64,000 bases of DNA from Trichinella spiralis (taxonomy: Eukaryota), in NCBI RefSeq assembly GCF_000181795.1, contig NW_003526943.1:1118487-1182486 (forward strand). Reading direction: 5' to 3'. Every line of letters starts with the position of its first letter. The stretch's first letter is position 1. The notes beneath the pieces were generated by a model. It was not told where the DNA came from. It worked only from the letters and a program-made list of their open reading frames with translations, and made no database searches. The position numbers were made by a program, and so were the translations under genes. Shown here in pieces: positions 39,318 to 51,126 of the stretch.

Positions 39318-39965
39318 TGGATTCTTGGAGTAGAATCCAATCCCACATTAGAAAAACATGTGTAAAAAGTCTAGAATATATTCCATTTTTATACAATTTG
39401 TTTCAGTAGATAGTACTAATGATGCTGTATATATCTGCATTAAAATATTCTTATTTTTTTATTTTATATTATTTTATTTCAGTCTTTTCTTGGTGAAAAA
39501 TGCAACAAAATTAACGTTGAAAATTGTCATTTTTCAGTTTGTTTCACCGTGTGGACTAGATTTTGTAAATATTCTAAAACAAATAATAGATTTCAGCGCA
39601 AGTTGTTGCATTCTTCTCCAAGAAAAGGCTGAAAAATTATTAAAATTAAAACTGTTGTAAAACAAACATATGCCACAATCTTAGTACAATCTATGGAAGC
39701 AAATTTCTTAAATATGGCGCATATACTAGGCTTTTTATACGTGTTTTTCTAATGTAGTGTGGATTCCGCCCCAAAAATTCAACAACGTACATATCAATTT
39801 TACGATATTCTATTGGCTGAAAAAAAGTCCCAAAACACTGAGCTTTTCAGAATATGCCTTATTATTTCAAAAAAGATGTCAGAAAGCTTCGAATCATAAA
39901 AATAAAAATTGACGGAATGTAGATAAAACAAAACACCACAGGGTGGAATACACCCCAAAAGGGTT
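39318..39965. mobile_element. piggyBac-like MITE with long degenerate inverted arms
   Basis: Ends in GGG|TTAA at 39965. About 39318-39385 and 39717-39785 are diverged inverted repeats, related to 24026-24290. Confidence 0.55.
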
Positions 39966-41851
39966 AACAAATAAAAATTTTGAATTGAATAATAATTAAA
40001 ATTATTCAAATTAATATTTAGATTTTTCATCATAATTCGAATATTTAGAAAAATAAAAAAATGTAAGACTAATTGTAATAACTGACACGATTTTCAGAAA
40101 ATAAATTTTGAAAATGAAAAATCATTTGGAACGAATTAAAATACAGAATCAAATTACAGATAATCATGAAAGAAATTTAGCGAATCTTTTCTGCCATAAA
40201 ATTTACAAGATCGTAATACTTTGCTTCAGATGCACAGATTTATAAGCAATGCGAATGTGAAATAAATTTCACATGCATATATATGTTTCCAAGGGAAATA
40301 GATTAAATTACTTTAATAATTGTTTATTAAAAACATAACACTGAAGAACTAGATGAATTGATCAAAACATGAAAATTATATTAAATATCTCTGCCTATTT
40401 TCCTAAATCTTCAAATGAGATAAAAGATAGAGCTAAAACAATCAAATTAACAAAGGGGTGACTTGAATTTAAAATGCAAAAGAGCAAGTGCAACGGCGAC
40501 AAAAACCCAGCAAGGATAAAACAAGAATGGTTAAAACATGTAAAAGCGACAGATACTGAAAACATTCAAACCCACAATCAAAGCATCATAATAGTGCAAG
40601 GGAAAAGTAAAACGACTAAGTAGACAAGCCAAAAAACCACAGCCATTTACATTAAAACAGTCATGCAACATCGACTTCTCCAAAATTTTTGAACATTTTT
40701 ATGTCCAATTAATTTTGAACAAGTTTTCACATTTTTTAAAGTGCATTAATAAATTATGAGTACTCTAAACGAGACCGTGCAATTTTCTCATTCCCAAAAA
40801 CCATGTGCTATCTGGAAACATCTGAAATTGAAAAAGTAAATATAACTGATAAATATTTAAATTTAAGTTTAAGTTTAAGTAAATATGAATACAGATAAAT
40901 ATATATATAAGTAAAAAATGAGTCAAACAATCAAATGCCATTTATAAGTTACTTTTAAATGCTTAAAATGTCAAAAAAATGTAACCATAGTTTAGAATTT
41001 TTTTCATTCCTTACTTTTATTTTTATAACTACACTTTTTACTTACCAAAACATACTAAAATTGTCATTCTGCTTATTCTTCATCATTTTTAAATACTGCA
41101 TATACAACCTAAAATTTCACAGTTAAAAATATTAAATATAACAGTACTGAAATATGGTGTTTCATTCATAAAGCTTGTTAGATTTATGCCTGCAACGATT
41201 GTCCAGCATTAACATTCTCACGGTGCTTTTAGTATTAAAACGCAGCAATTGCCATCAATCATTGCGAATGCAAGCATGAAAAAAATTAATAAACAGAAAT
41301 TAGCAGTTGCAAACACGCCCATGATATTCTGATGGCAGACCGTGTTGTGGATAAATAACGCTGTTTTTTATTTTGTGGCAAAAAAATAATTATCATGATT
41401 CAAACGATGAAGATAAGAATGCTGGTATGCAATGCGGACGGTCAAAAACAAATCAGCTAAAAGACGTTCTGGAGGCAGACAACATCTTGCATATTATTTA
41501 GACAAAAGTAACAACATATTCAGATCCTGTAAATGCATGAATAATTTCCGCTAACCTCACTGATTGAAATCTTTCTACGTTAAAAGAATTTTTATTCCAA
41601 CAATTAACGTTCCTACTGCAGAATGGCTTTCAGTTAGTCGCCTGCTGTTAGACGAAGCCCCTACGATTAGCTCTACCACAGAGTAAGAAATTAACTGAAA
41701 CATTTATTTATAAATTATAAATTAAAATCAAAAGTCATCTTTTTTCCATTTATGTTGTTTTTAAAATTATCAAAAATATTAAAATACTGCAGCACTTATT
41801 TGAAATTATTTAAACATTTTCGGTACTATACTACAGTATAATAAAATCTTA

Positions 41852-43769
41852 CCGTGTGCTGCTGTTATTGATTGAAAAATTCATATTCTTCATGATTGTG
41901 TATGTTTCTCCATTTTCAGTTACAATTCTAAAAAAATAACAGCATTAAAGAATACCTAAAATTTGTATATCATACTCATAATCATTCATAACCGGAACTT
42001 CTGTAAGCTTCTTTTCAGGATAAATATTGTTTTCGTTATAAAATTCGGCAGCTATAATATTTTTGTCGCATGACAATGAAATTTTTTATATACAAAATGC
42101 CAAGCAACTAAATAGTGAAAACACACCGATTCTTTCGTCAAAGCTAACTTCTTCAACTTTGACGACAGCCTCCAGCTTTACAGTGCCACTCCCGTTCTCA
42201 CTTGATTCCTGTGTATTTTAACATCGCTTTAATATAGACGGCAATTGTGCATACAATAAATAAATAAATAAATGAATAAATGAACTCTTTCATTATAAAT
42301 ATCACTAAAAATTGGTGTTTTTGATAGTTTCTGAGATTTTACAAAAAATTCTTCAGCAAAATTAAGCCACCATTCATTAGATGTATACTTTCTACACATT
42401 TCAGAATTTCAAGTTTTAAATCACATTTTTTTAATTATGTAAAACTAAAAGTTCCAAATACCTTAACTGACGCAAATTATTACATTTAATGTACTTGATT
42501 TTATTTTACCTGTTTTTGAGCTTTAATATTCCGGCAATGATCGTCGACGAAATCTTGGTGATCAACAGGCTCCTGAATATATATTAAACATTATAAGACG
42601 TAACAGATTGAAACTGTTAAATAATGCGAATTGATTATATACACTTTTTCTCAAAAAAATAACTGACGTTCAGAAAAGAAAATCTGTTGATCCTAATTTA
42701 AAATTACAGGCATAACCCCGCTTAATGATGTTTTGCTATAACGCTGTTTTTTGGCATGTCACGCAACTCATTTTTCCTCAAAGCAAAAAATTTAGCTAAA
42801 TATGGTTAACAGCGCTGAACCGATTTTATTATATCATGTTGTTTGAGTTATTTTATATATTCTATCAATCATTTACGATAACCGGTATGGATTTTGTTAG
42901 ATTTCATATATTCGGATATATATTTTTGGGGTGCTGTGTTCATTATCCCATAATGAGGGTCTTAGCAATGATGAGTTGAAATAACTGGCAAAGCTATGCA
43001 CTGATAATAAACAAACAGTCGTTGATTGAAAAGAGGGTATATCTTTCAGAACTCTAACAGCAGAATTCCTAAAGAACATCATCCCCAACATTGCACATAT
43101 CAGGGACCAGTTCATAGAACAAGATCCTGATGATGAGCAAAGTTCCAAAGCAAGATCGGATGTTCTTGAAATGATATCATGTTATCAAGAAATTATACAC
43201 GAGAGAAAACGTAAGGAGAGACAGTTAACGCATGATAGTTCCATCACCAAAAAACCTAAGGTTGAGAAATCAAAGGCTGGTCTATCATACAAATGATTAA
43301 CATTATCAATAAAGCATGCAAACATTTTTATATTTCAAATAAATTTTGTTGTACATATTCTGACTTATTTTTTGGAACTGATGTACTATAAACGCATTCT
43401 GTAACGACCCCGTACGACGCTGCTTCGCTAGCGCTCTTTTTTCATAAACAGACCAAGAGCGTTAAGCGGGGTATGCCTGTATGCTCAAACAGACAAATAA
43501 ATAAGATGTGAATATGAATCTTGGAAGCTTAATAACAATTTAATACTGAATTTTTAAAAATTTTAAAAATTACTCACAAACTTTGCCTCTGCTTTTATTT
43601 TTTTGGCGTGGGATGCCAAATGGCATTTCAAAGATGCTTTCCAGTTGTATACTGCCCCACACAGAGAGCAGGCGTGTTTTGGATTTTGACCATGAACACT
43701 TCTGTGATTATACAAAGATGATCGCCACGAAAATTGAGCCTGGCAGATTTTGCAAGTATATTCGTGCAT
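41852..43769 (-). CDS. C2H2 zinc-finger protein (two N-terminal fingers); 3' end unresolved
   Basis: ATG at 43769: YTCKICQAQFSWRSSLYNHRSVH..HACSLCGAVYNWKASLKCHLASH, then donor GTGAGT. In-phase small exons follow near 42510-42572, 42126-42208, 41978-42052 and 41852-41927. Confidence 0.65.
42707..43479 (+). mobile_element. Internally deleted Tigger/pogo element in an intron
   Basis: TA|CAGGCATAACCCCGCTTAA ... TTAAGCGGGGTATGCCTG|TA. The interior retains a transposase C-terminal remnant with stops (LSNDEL..QDPDDEQSSK..ISCYQEII.ERKRK..QLT.D). Confidence 0.85.
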
Positions 43770-44759
43770 GTTTCAACCAAAACTCTAATTCAAAATTCAC
43801 ATATAATTCTAAAAGTTTGAAGAGCAAGATATTAACCTCATCACTTATATCATAAACAGCAACAAAAAAACTTCAAAAATAACAGTTCCAAATCTGCCAA
43901 AGTTGAACTTCAGCTGCTTAATTTAGTCTAATTTAATTTAATTTAATTTAATTTTACTTTATTTCAAATCATTTTGATGTTTCAACATGTAGCAGTTTGA
44001 AAAACTCAGCGTAAAGGTTCATAAACTACTGAAAATTTTTCTAGTAACGATAACTTTATATTTAAATTCTTCTACATATCTGAAAAATGATACATTAAAA
44101 TTGTATGAACGTCAAAATCTGATGAAAAATGAATTAATTAAAATTCTGCTTAGCATTAGTGAAGCCAAACCATTCGCAACATTCATAATTTGAATATCAT
44201 GACGTAACAGAGAAGGAATAACAAAAATTCACATTAATAATAATGTATACTTACAAAATACACACCACACACACGATAAATTATGCAAAAAACAAAATTT
44301 TAAATGTCTAACAATTGTCAGCTCACCTGCAAATCACAATACGCTTGAAAAAGTCTAAATGTACGGTAGAATAAAAGTAATAAAGAAGTGACATGAAGAA
44401 TAAGGCGCTATTTATGCCTAAAAAATTTAAATAATTTATTAAACATAATAAGTAATCTACTTATTAAATAATCATTTATTAAATTTGATATTTTATAATG
44501 AAATTGTGCTAAAGTAAAATCTATTGAAATAAATCATAATTTTACTTCATTAATATAAATAATATGAAGAAAAATTTTGATTATTATATTTTAACATTTT
44601 TGATAAAACTGAATTTATAGTAAGCAAGTTTTACTTTTACAGTATTCTACGTTGTACTTTTGTTCCCCGCCACGTCACAGTAAAAGACGAATTTTGCTTG
44701 CGTGTATTTATGATCAGTGTTTTTTTCTGCGTATGTTTGATTGGATTATATTGTGAAAA

Positions 44760-46556
44760 ATGACAGATATTTCAAAACTCCCGATTGATATTCACTGTTC
44801 AAAATTACTGGATTGGTTACGAAGTCGTCGACACATAAAAAGTGAATGGCCACAAAAGCTGGCACAAATTCGTCAGTTGATCAGTAACGCGATTGGTGAT
44901 ATGCCAGAAAATGACGAGATTGCCGCTTTGTTGTCAAATGCATCACTTCTGACGTATGTTCAATGTAAAAAAATAGTCGACATTCTCAGTATGACTGAAG
45001 CGGACACGAAAAACATCTTTGGACGATATTCATCGCAGCGCATGAAAGACTGGCAGAACATTATTGCTAAATACGAAGAGAACAATGTATATCTTGCAGA
45101 AATTGCTTCTTTGTTGGTAGATCTGGCGCAGTATCAAATTCCAAGTTTAAAAAAGCGCATTTCTCGTCTCGAAGCGACGATTCAGGTGCGTTGGAAACGT
45201 TTCGATTAAAATACACAATTATACCACTCAATTTATTTACACATCAACAGGAATGCGAAAAGAAGAAGAATGATTATGAACGTCAAGCACGTGACGCGGA
45301 TTTGCTTTTTACCAAAGTGTGCGAACGGTATAACATTAGTGGGTCGAATGTTCCATTAGAATTAATTAATTTGGCGAGCAGTTTGCCGGAGAAGCACGAA
45401 GAAATTGTGGCAGAATTGCGTTCACTTTGGCCAACCGTGGAACATTATATTGCATTTTTTAATTATGTATTGGGAAGTAAGCTCAACGAAGAGGCCATGG
45501 CGAAAAATTTCGAGATATTTCGTTTTATTGTGGAAAACGGTAACGTCACTACATTTCAATTCAAAAGAGGCTTTCCTCCATCTGAAATAATTTCACTTCA
45601 AGATTCAATTTTGCAACAGGTAAATCGATTTTAAAAATAATACAATCATAAATAACAGAATATAATCGCTTAATTTCTTATTTTTTTCGAATGCATTAAT
45701 AATATAGTCATCATTCGTTCATAGTCACATGTATATTTATTTCATGGGCAGTAAGTAGTACATTACAACGAATTTTTTTATTTTTACAATTTAAAGTTTA
45801 AAATAATGTTGATAAATAGTGTTGAAATGTGAATTTTTCAATGGTATTTTTTGTATAAAGTTAGAAAAACAAGTGGATAAAAATGAAGATGAAATTGATT
45901 TCGGTGATGATTTGTTTGAAACCGGGGCAGTAAATTCTGCAGAATACGACGGAATTGAAGAGATTGCAGTTGTCGATGACAAAAATGTGAAAGATTCAAA
46001 TTTCAAATCGCCTGGAAATGTGGAAAACCGTGTGGCTCGTGGCGAAGAGGCGTTGACAATTTTGGAAAACGTGTTCACAAATGGTTTGTTGCTTACCGAG
46101 TTGTTCGAATTGAGAAGCTTTTTCAAAATGCGCCATCACGAACTGAACACTGACCATTTCGCCAGTGAACTGCTATTTGCAAATGATTCGGTTCGACTAT
46201 TGGCCAATGGGATGAGCTTCGTGGAAAAATGGCTACAAGCGACAGAAGAGATAATTCAAAAGTTGCAAGATCCGGTGCTTTGCCATTTGACAGAATTGAG
46301 AAGCAAAGCTGAATATTTGGAATATCTTTCTTCGGAAATATATTCGCACAAAGAGCGGGCAGAGAAGTGTCGACAAACTGTTGACGCGTTGAACAATCGT
46401 CAAAAAGATGCTACGAAAGAAATACAACAAATTTTGGAGGAAATTCAAAATTTAGCCGCTATTGCCAGAGATTTGAAAAGTTTCATTGAGCAAAATATTT
46501 CCGAACGTTACAATTCTCGCAAGGTGAACATTGTCGGTAGTACGGTAGCAATTTAA
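44760..46556 (+). CDS. CDK5RAP3: CDK5 regulatory subunit-associated protein 3 (C53/LZAP)
   Basis: Exons 44760-45185, 45251-45619 and 45861-46556. Motifs: LPIDIH..KLLDWL.SRRH, TEADTKNIFGRYSSQRMKDWQ, EIDFGDD, and C-terminal ISERYNSRKVNIVG. Confidence 0.95.
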
Positions 46557-46776
46557 AATAAATAATCACTGTTTTCTCTGTTCACAAAAGATTGTCAAGT
46601 GAGAATGGTCATTTTTCACAGTATATGTTTGATTGTCTGTCATGTCACTTATTTTCCATGTGAATGATGATCACTTTGGTTGGAAATAAAAACAGTATTA
46701 CAATTCCATTTTACTGACACTGAATTGTCACAAATTTTTTTTAAATGAGAATTTTGTATATTGAATCGTTACATTT

Positions 46777-48722
46777 TCACAACCTTCTCCCCTGGTGATC
46801 GTATTTGAGAATTAGCCATATTACGATGAAATTGATGAAACTATCCACGTCGGATTCATTTGAATTCCAACCGAAGGAAATTCGAACAGAACCGCGGGGT
46901 TTCTTGGTTTCGTCGTTATCTTTTTCAACAGCATTCTGAAAATTAAGATCAAAATTCCAATAATATGAATTCAGCGGAGCTCAATTTTGATTCCTATTCC
47001 ACACGCTATTAGCGTGGAGATTGAACTTCAATTACAAAAAGATATGAATAAACACCGTTTACCTGAAAATTTTTACGAATATCTTCGTCGGTTAGATTTA
47101 AATGAAGCTGGCAAGCGCCTATGTTGCAAAAGTAGCCTGATCGAAGTTGAACATCGAACAACGTTGCCATACGTTCCACTTCACTGCATGCAACGTATTG
47201 TCCGTCACGGTCGAGTAAATTGAAGTTGATAATACCGCCCTGTTCAGCTGGAGAGCGAAAGCCGTTGTTGCAGTAGATTTCGGCCACCGGATTGCCATTG
47301 CCGTGCTTCAATTCCAGCAGACGATCGTATGCTAATTTTGCAAGATTGAAAATACGCAAGCCGATCTTCTCCACCCCACCTATGAGAAAAGAGAAACAGA
47401 TAAATAATCACTGTTTTTTTGTTAATTTTAATAATAAATTTCTACCGAATCGTTCCAGCTCATCAAAACCATACTGTAATGCAATAACCAAGTGATACGG
47501 CAAACTTCCATCTTCAAATCTAGAAATCAAATGCATTTTTTAATTTAAAAAAATAAGAAAACCCTTTTTATTAAAAAGCAAAATCACAAATTAAATTGAT
47601 TTTTAATTTACTAATTTGCTTTGATTTAAAATTTCAAGTGCAACTGACTATAAACAAATTGGATGCAAATGAAAAACACATTTTTCAAAAAACTGCGACA
47701 ATAATTAATTATTATAACGTAAATGCAATAAAAATAAAAATATATCATTTTACTTATTTATAAAATAAAACCTACTGAAAAACAATATAAAAATTAAAGT
47801 CAATAATAATGCAAAAATAACAATACCTTTCTTCGATATTTTGACGAAATACATGAAAATCCGTATTTGGTAAATAAAATTCTACCGTACCACCGCCGTA
47901 ATAAACCTTCTGCAGAAGGTGTGCACTTTTTCTGCGAATCACCAACGCCCCAATACCAGTAGGAAAGCCGAACATTTTATAAAACGAGCACGCCAAAAAG
48001 TCCGGCCCTGCAGCAGCGCCAAGCTGCGGCCGGCTGCTCGACAGCAAAGCAGCCCCGTCAATGCAAGTATACCAACGTTGCGGTCCCAGCATCCCACCGG
48101 ACGAGATGCGCTCACACCAGTCGAGTGGATACTTGCGCCCGGAGAAGTTGCTCTGGCCCGGGTAGACGAACAGAGCCGTGCAGTTGCAGGACTCATTTCC
48201 GTGGTCGGTCGGTTCAGGTCGATCGATAACGTTGACCAGTTCGTCTTCACTGACGCAGACCACGCCCACGTCACGTTGCCACGCGTATTCGCGCATCCCA
48301 ATCACAGACGTGTGATTGTCAAACAAATACACCAAACGACAACCACCCCGCTTGCATTCCCCTATCCTGCCCACAGTACGGCTATTGTTCAAGCTCAATT
48401 TGCTTCTTTTCTTCGAACATCCGGCGCAGCTGCTGTAGGCGAAACATTCTCCAACCAGCTTCAACGCTGCTGTACAGCTGGAAGTGAACACTACGCAGTG
48501 TTGACTTGAGTCCGTTCCGAAATGCTTCAGTATACGTTCTCGAACCTCGGCTATGCGGGATGCAGTCAACTTGCCACTGGCATGGCCGCTGTGAGGGTTG
48601 CCGTAATGATTTTTCTGCATGTCATTTATGAATTGGTCGAATTGTTCTATGTAAAATCTAGCAGCACCGGCATTGTCCAAATAGGTTGCCTGTTGTGAAG
48701 CTTCATCTTTCGTCAAAGCCAT
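46777..48722 (-). CDS. MOCOS: Molybdenum cofactor sulfurase, NifS-like domain only
   Basis: Exons 48722-47827, 47519-47446, 47379-47063 and 46935-46777. Motifs: YLDNAGA, YGNPHS, DNHTSVIGMRE, QSNFSG.KYPL, SFYKMFGFPTGIGAL (PLP Lys), FEDGS, LRSGYFCNIGAC and GSVRISFG, followed shortly by the stop. Confidence 0.9.
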
Positions 48723-49379
48723 ACTTGATGCAGTTTAGAGCTGCTAGTTGAACAGTGGAAAACAGTGGAACTTTTCCAGTAATAAATTTATCAGTTGATT
48801 GATCACTAAATTGAAACCAGATCAATTTATGATGCTCCAAATCAATGGGTAGTGCTGAATAAATAACTCAACTGATTTGCGGTTCAATCTGCTGTTGTCC
48901 CCCGCAGGAGTGAAGATACAGTTCACTCACTGTTAACCTGACTAAACAAAATATTGTCGATTAAGAAATGCAAATTGATTTTACATATTTGCATTAATTT
49001 ATAAATTAAATATAAACTTACACATTAAACAAAACAGCAATCAATTGAAAATTTACATGTATCCTAACGAAAATAACTACTGTCCACAATTTATATTCAA
49101 ATATTTAAAATTATCAAGAAGAAAACAACATCAATTACAATCACCATCTTTCAAATATAATTGCCCATCGGTAAACTATATTGCATTCAATCTTGACCAA
49201 AATAATGCATTTATCTAAAGAAATTAGAAAAATTAATATTCAAAAAACTGTTAAAAACATATGTTTAAAATAAAATAAATAAATAAAATTTCTGCTTCAG
49301 GACAGACATTTCCAAAAAGATTTCAATATAAAACTAATCAATTTATTAAACAATTACAATTAATCCAAAATTTCAAACT

Positions 49380-50777
49380 TCAGTGGAATTTTCTGAAAAT
49401 CTGTTTCTCGCCCAAATATTTGGCAAGGATAGCTTCGGGCGTTACAGTTGCTTCGTTCGAATCAAACAAATCAGCCAGTGATGCATCGTCGACAACCAGA
49501 CCCAACTTCTGACTCATGTCATAATTCCGATGTTCAGTGCTGAAAGCGCTTCTGAAAATTTTCAAAATGCAAAAAATGAGTTGGTTTTTTAAAAAATGCT
49601 AACACAGACATGAGATTTTTCAAATCGGTAAAACGCGTCATTATTTCTTCGTTGTCAAGTTTCAACTTTTCCCGAGATTCTGGCTCTTTTTCACTGCTAA
49701 AACATTACTAAATCCAGTGAATTTATTTGCATACTGTGAGAAAAAATATGAACAGAAAAGTGGAAATTTTTTCTCAATGTAAACAGCTGCTTATTGTTAT
49801 CAATTATAAATGAAAATTATAATTTGCATAATAAACTGATATATATATATATATATATGTACAAAACCTGAAAGATAAATCTTCTGTGGCTTGCTTGAAA
49901 TGAGCTGTTGCAAGGGCAATTTGTTTTATTCGTATCTGCTTCATAGTTTTCATATCATTTTCCGCCTCTAAAAATATAATACATGACAATTCGTAAACCT
50001 TTTCTTTCGGTATACTAAATAAAACGGGATTTCTTGACTGAAATTTTTGCACCAAATGTAGAAGATCAATCTTGGTATTTTTTTCCGAATTGTCGTAGCC
50101 TGAAATTTCTTAAATCAACTACAATCATTTTCATAACCTATGCTTAGCAACAATTTTAATAAAACTTTAAATCAAATATATTTCATCGTATACTGTCGTT
50201 TGTGTCGCCTTTAATATTCCCGTATGATAGTTTTCGAACAAAATTTCTTTTTGTTTGACACTCTTCAGTTACTTTTGTATCCAAAGCTAAAAGATCAATA
50301 TTTTAACAATTTTCATGTAAACTGCTATTTAATTAAAAAACAGATTTAAATTAACATGCGTTAACAAAAATGAAATTATTTAATAAAAACATCGCAAGTT
50401 TCATTTTAATTTTAATAATACCTTCAATTACAAATACATATACATAAAGTCACAACATATTCATTTTTCCGTTTAGTTAATGAAAAATAAGTAATGCGCG
50501 CATATTTAAACATTTTTGATACATTCACATTGCACTTTTAAAGAGAAAGACTACTTGAAGAAGAATCTTTATGAGTCGTTATGCCATCGATTTTCGGCTC
50601 TTCGCTAAATGAATCTCTCATTTCTGAATCATCTGCATTTTCATAAAATTTTTTACTGAAATGGCCTCCAGTACAGGCGTCGCAAATGATCTGGTCCTGA
50701 GATTCACGCTTCGAAAGAATTTTCGTTAACAATGAATATTTTCTGTGCTTTTGTTGTTCACCTTTCTTCCCAGACAT
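49380..50777 (-). CDS. Hypothetical five-exon protein (about 270 aa), no recognised domain
   Basis: Exons about 50777-50555, 50287-50195, 50099-49868, 49697-49610 and 49552-49380. The GT-AG splice phases are mutually consistent (1,1,2,2) and the frame stays open. Confidence 0.7.
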
Positions 50778-51126
50778 TGCTAATAAAAGTTGCGATTGAA
50801 CAATTTAAAGTATTAAAAACAACATTTCTTATCAAATTAAAAATATGAATGCTTTACGCATCTTGAAATCGACTTTATGCTGTCGCATCATACAAAACTG
50901 TTTTTCAAAAATATAATCAGCATGCTTTTAAAATAATTTTCTTACTATTTGCATCAAAATAAGATTTTCAGAATTCGCATAAACAAACAATACAGTATAC
51001 ATGAAAATGAAGATGAATTGTTTTACAGTACAGATGATCATCTAGCAGCATTTCGTTGTTAATTACTATGCTCTTGTCGATCATTAAAATAGAAAATTTG
51101 ATGAAGTAACCAGTTCATTAAACAAA

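Noticed and set aside
47919..48509. 196-aa antisense ORF over MOCOS exon 1
   Set aside because: Shadow of a GC-richer coding exon, with a non-ATG start and no domain.
48825..48865. SECIS-like or C/D snoRNA-like ATGA..AA..GA
   Set aside because: Spacing is too short for either class, and the + strand here is not a 3' UTR.
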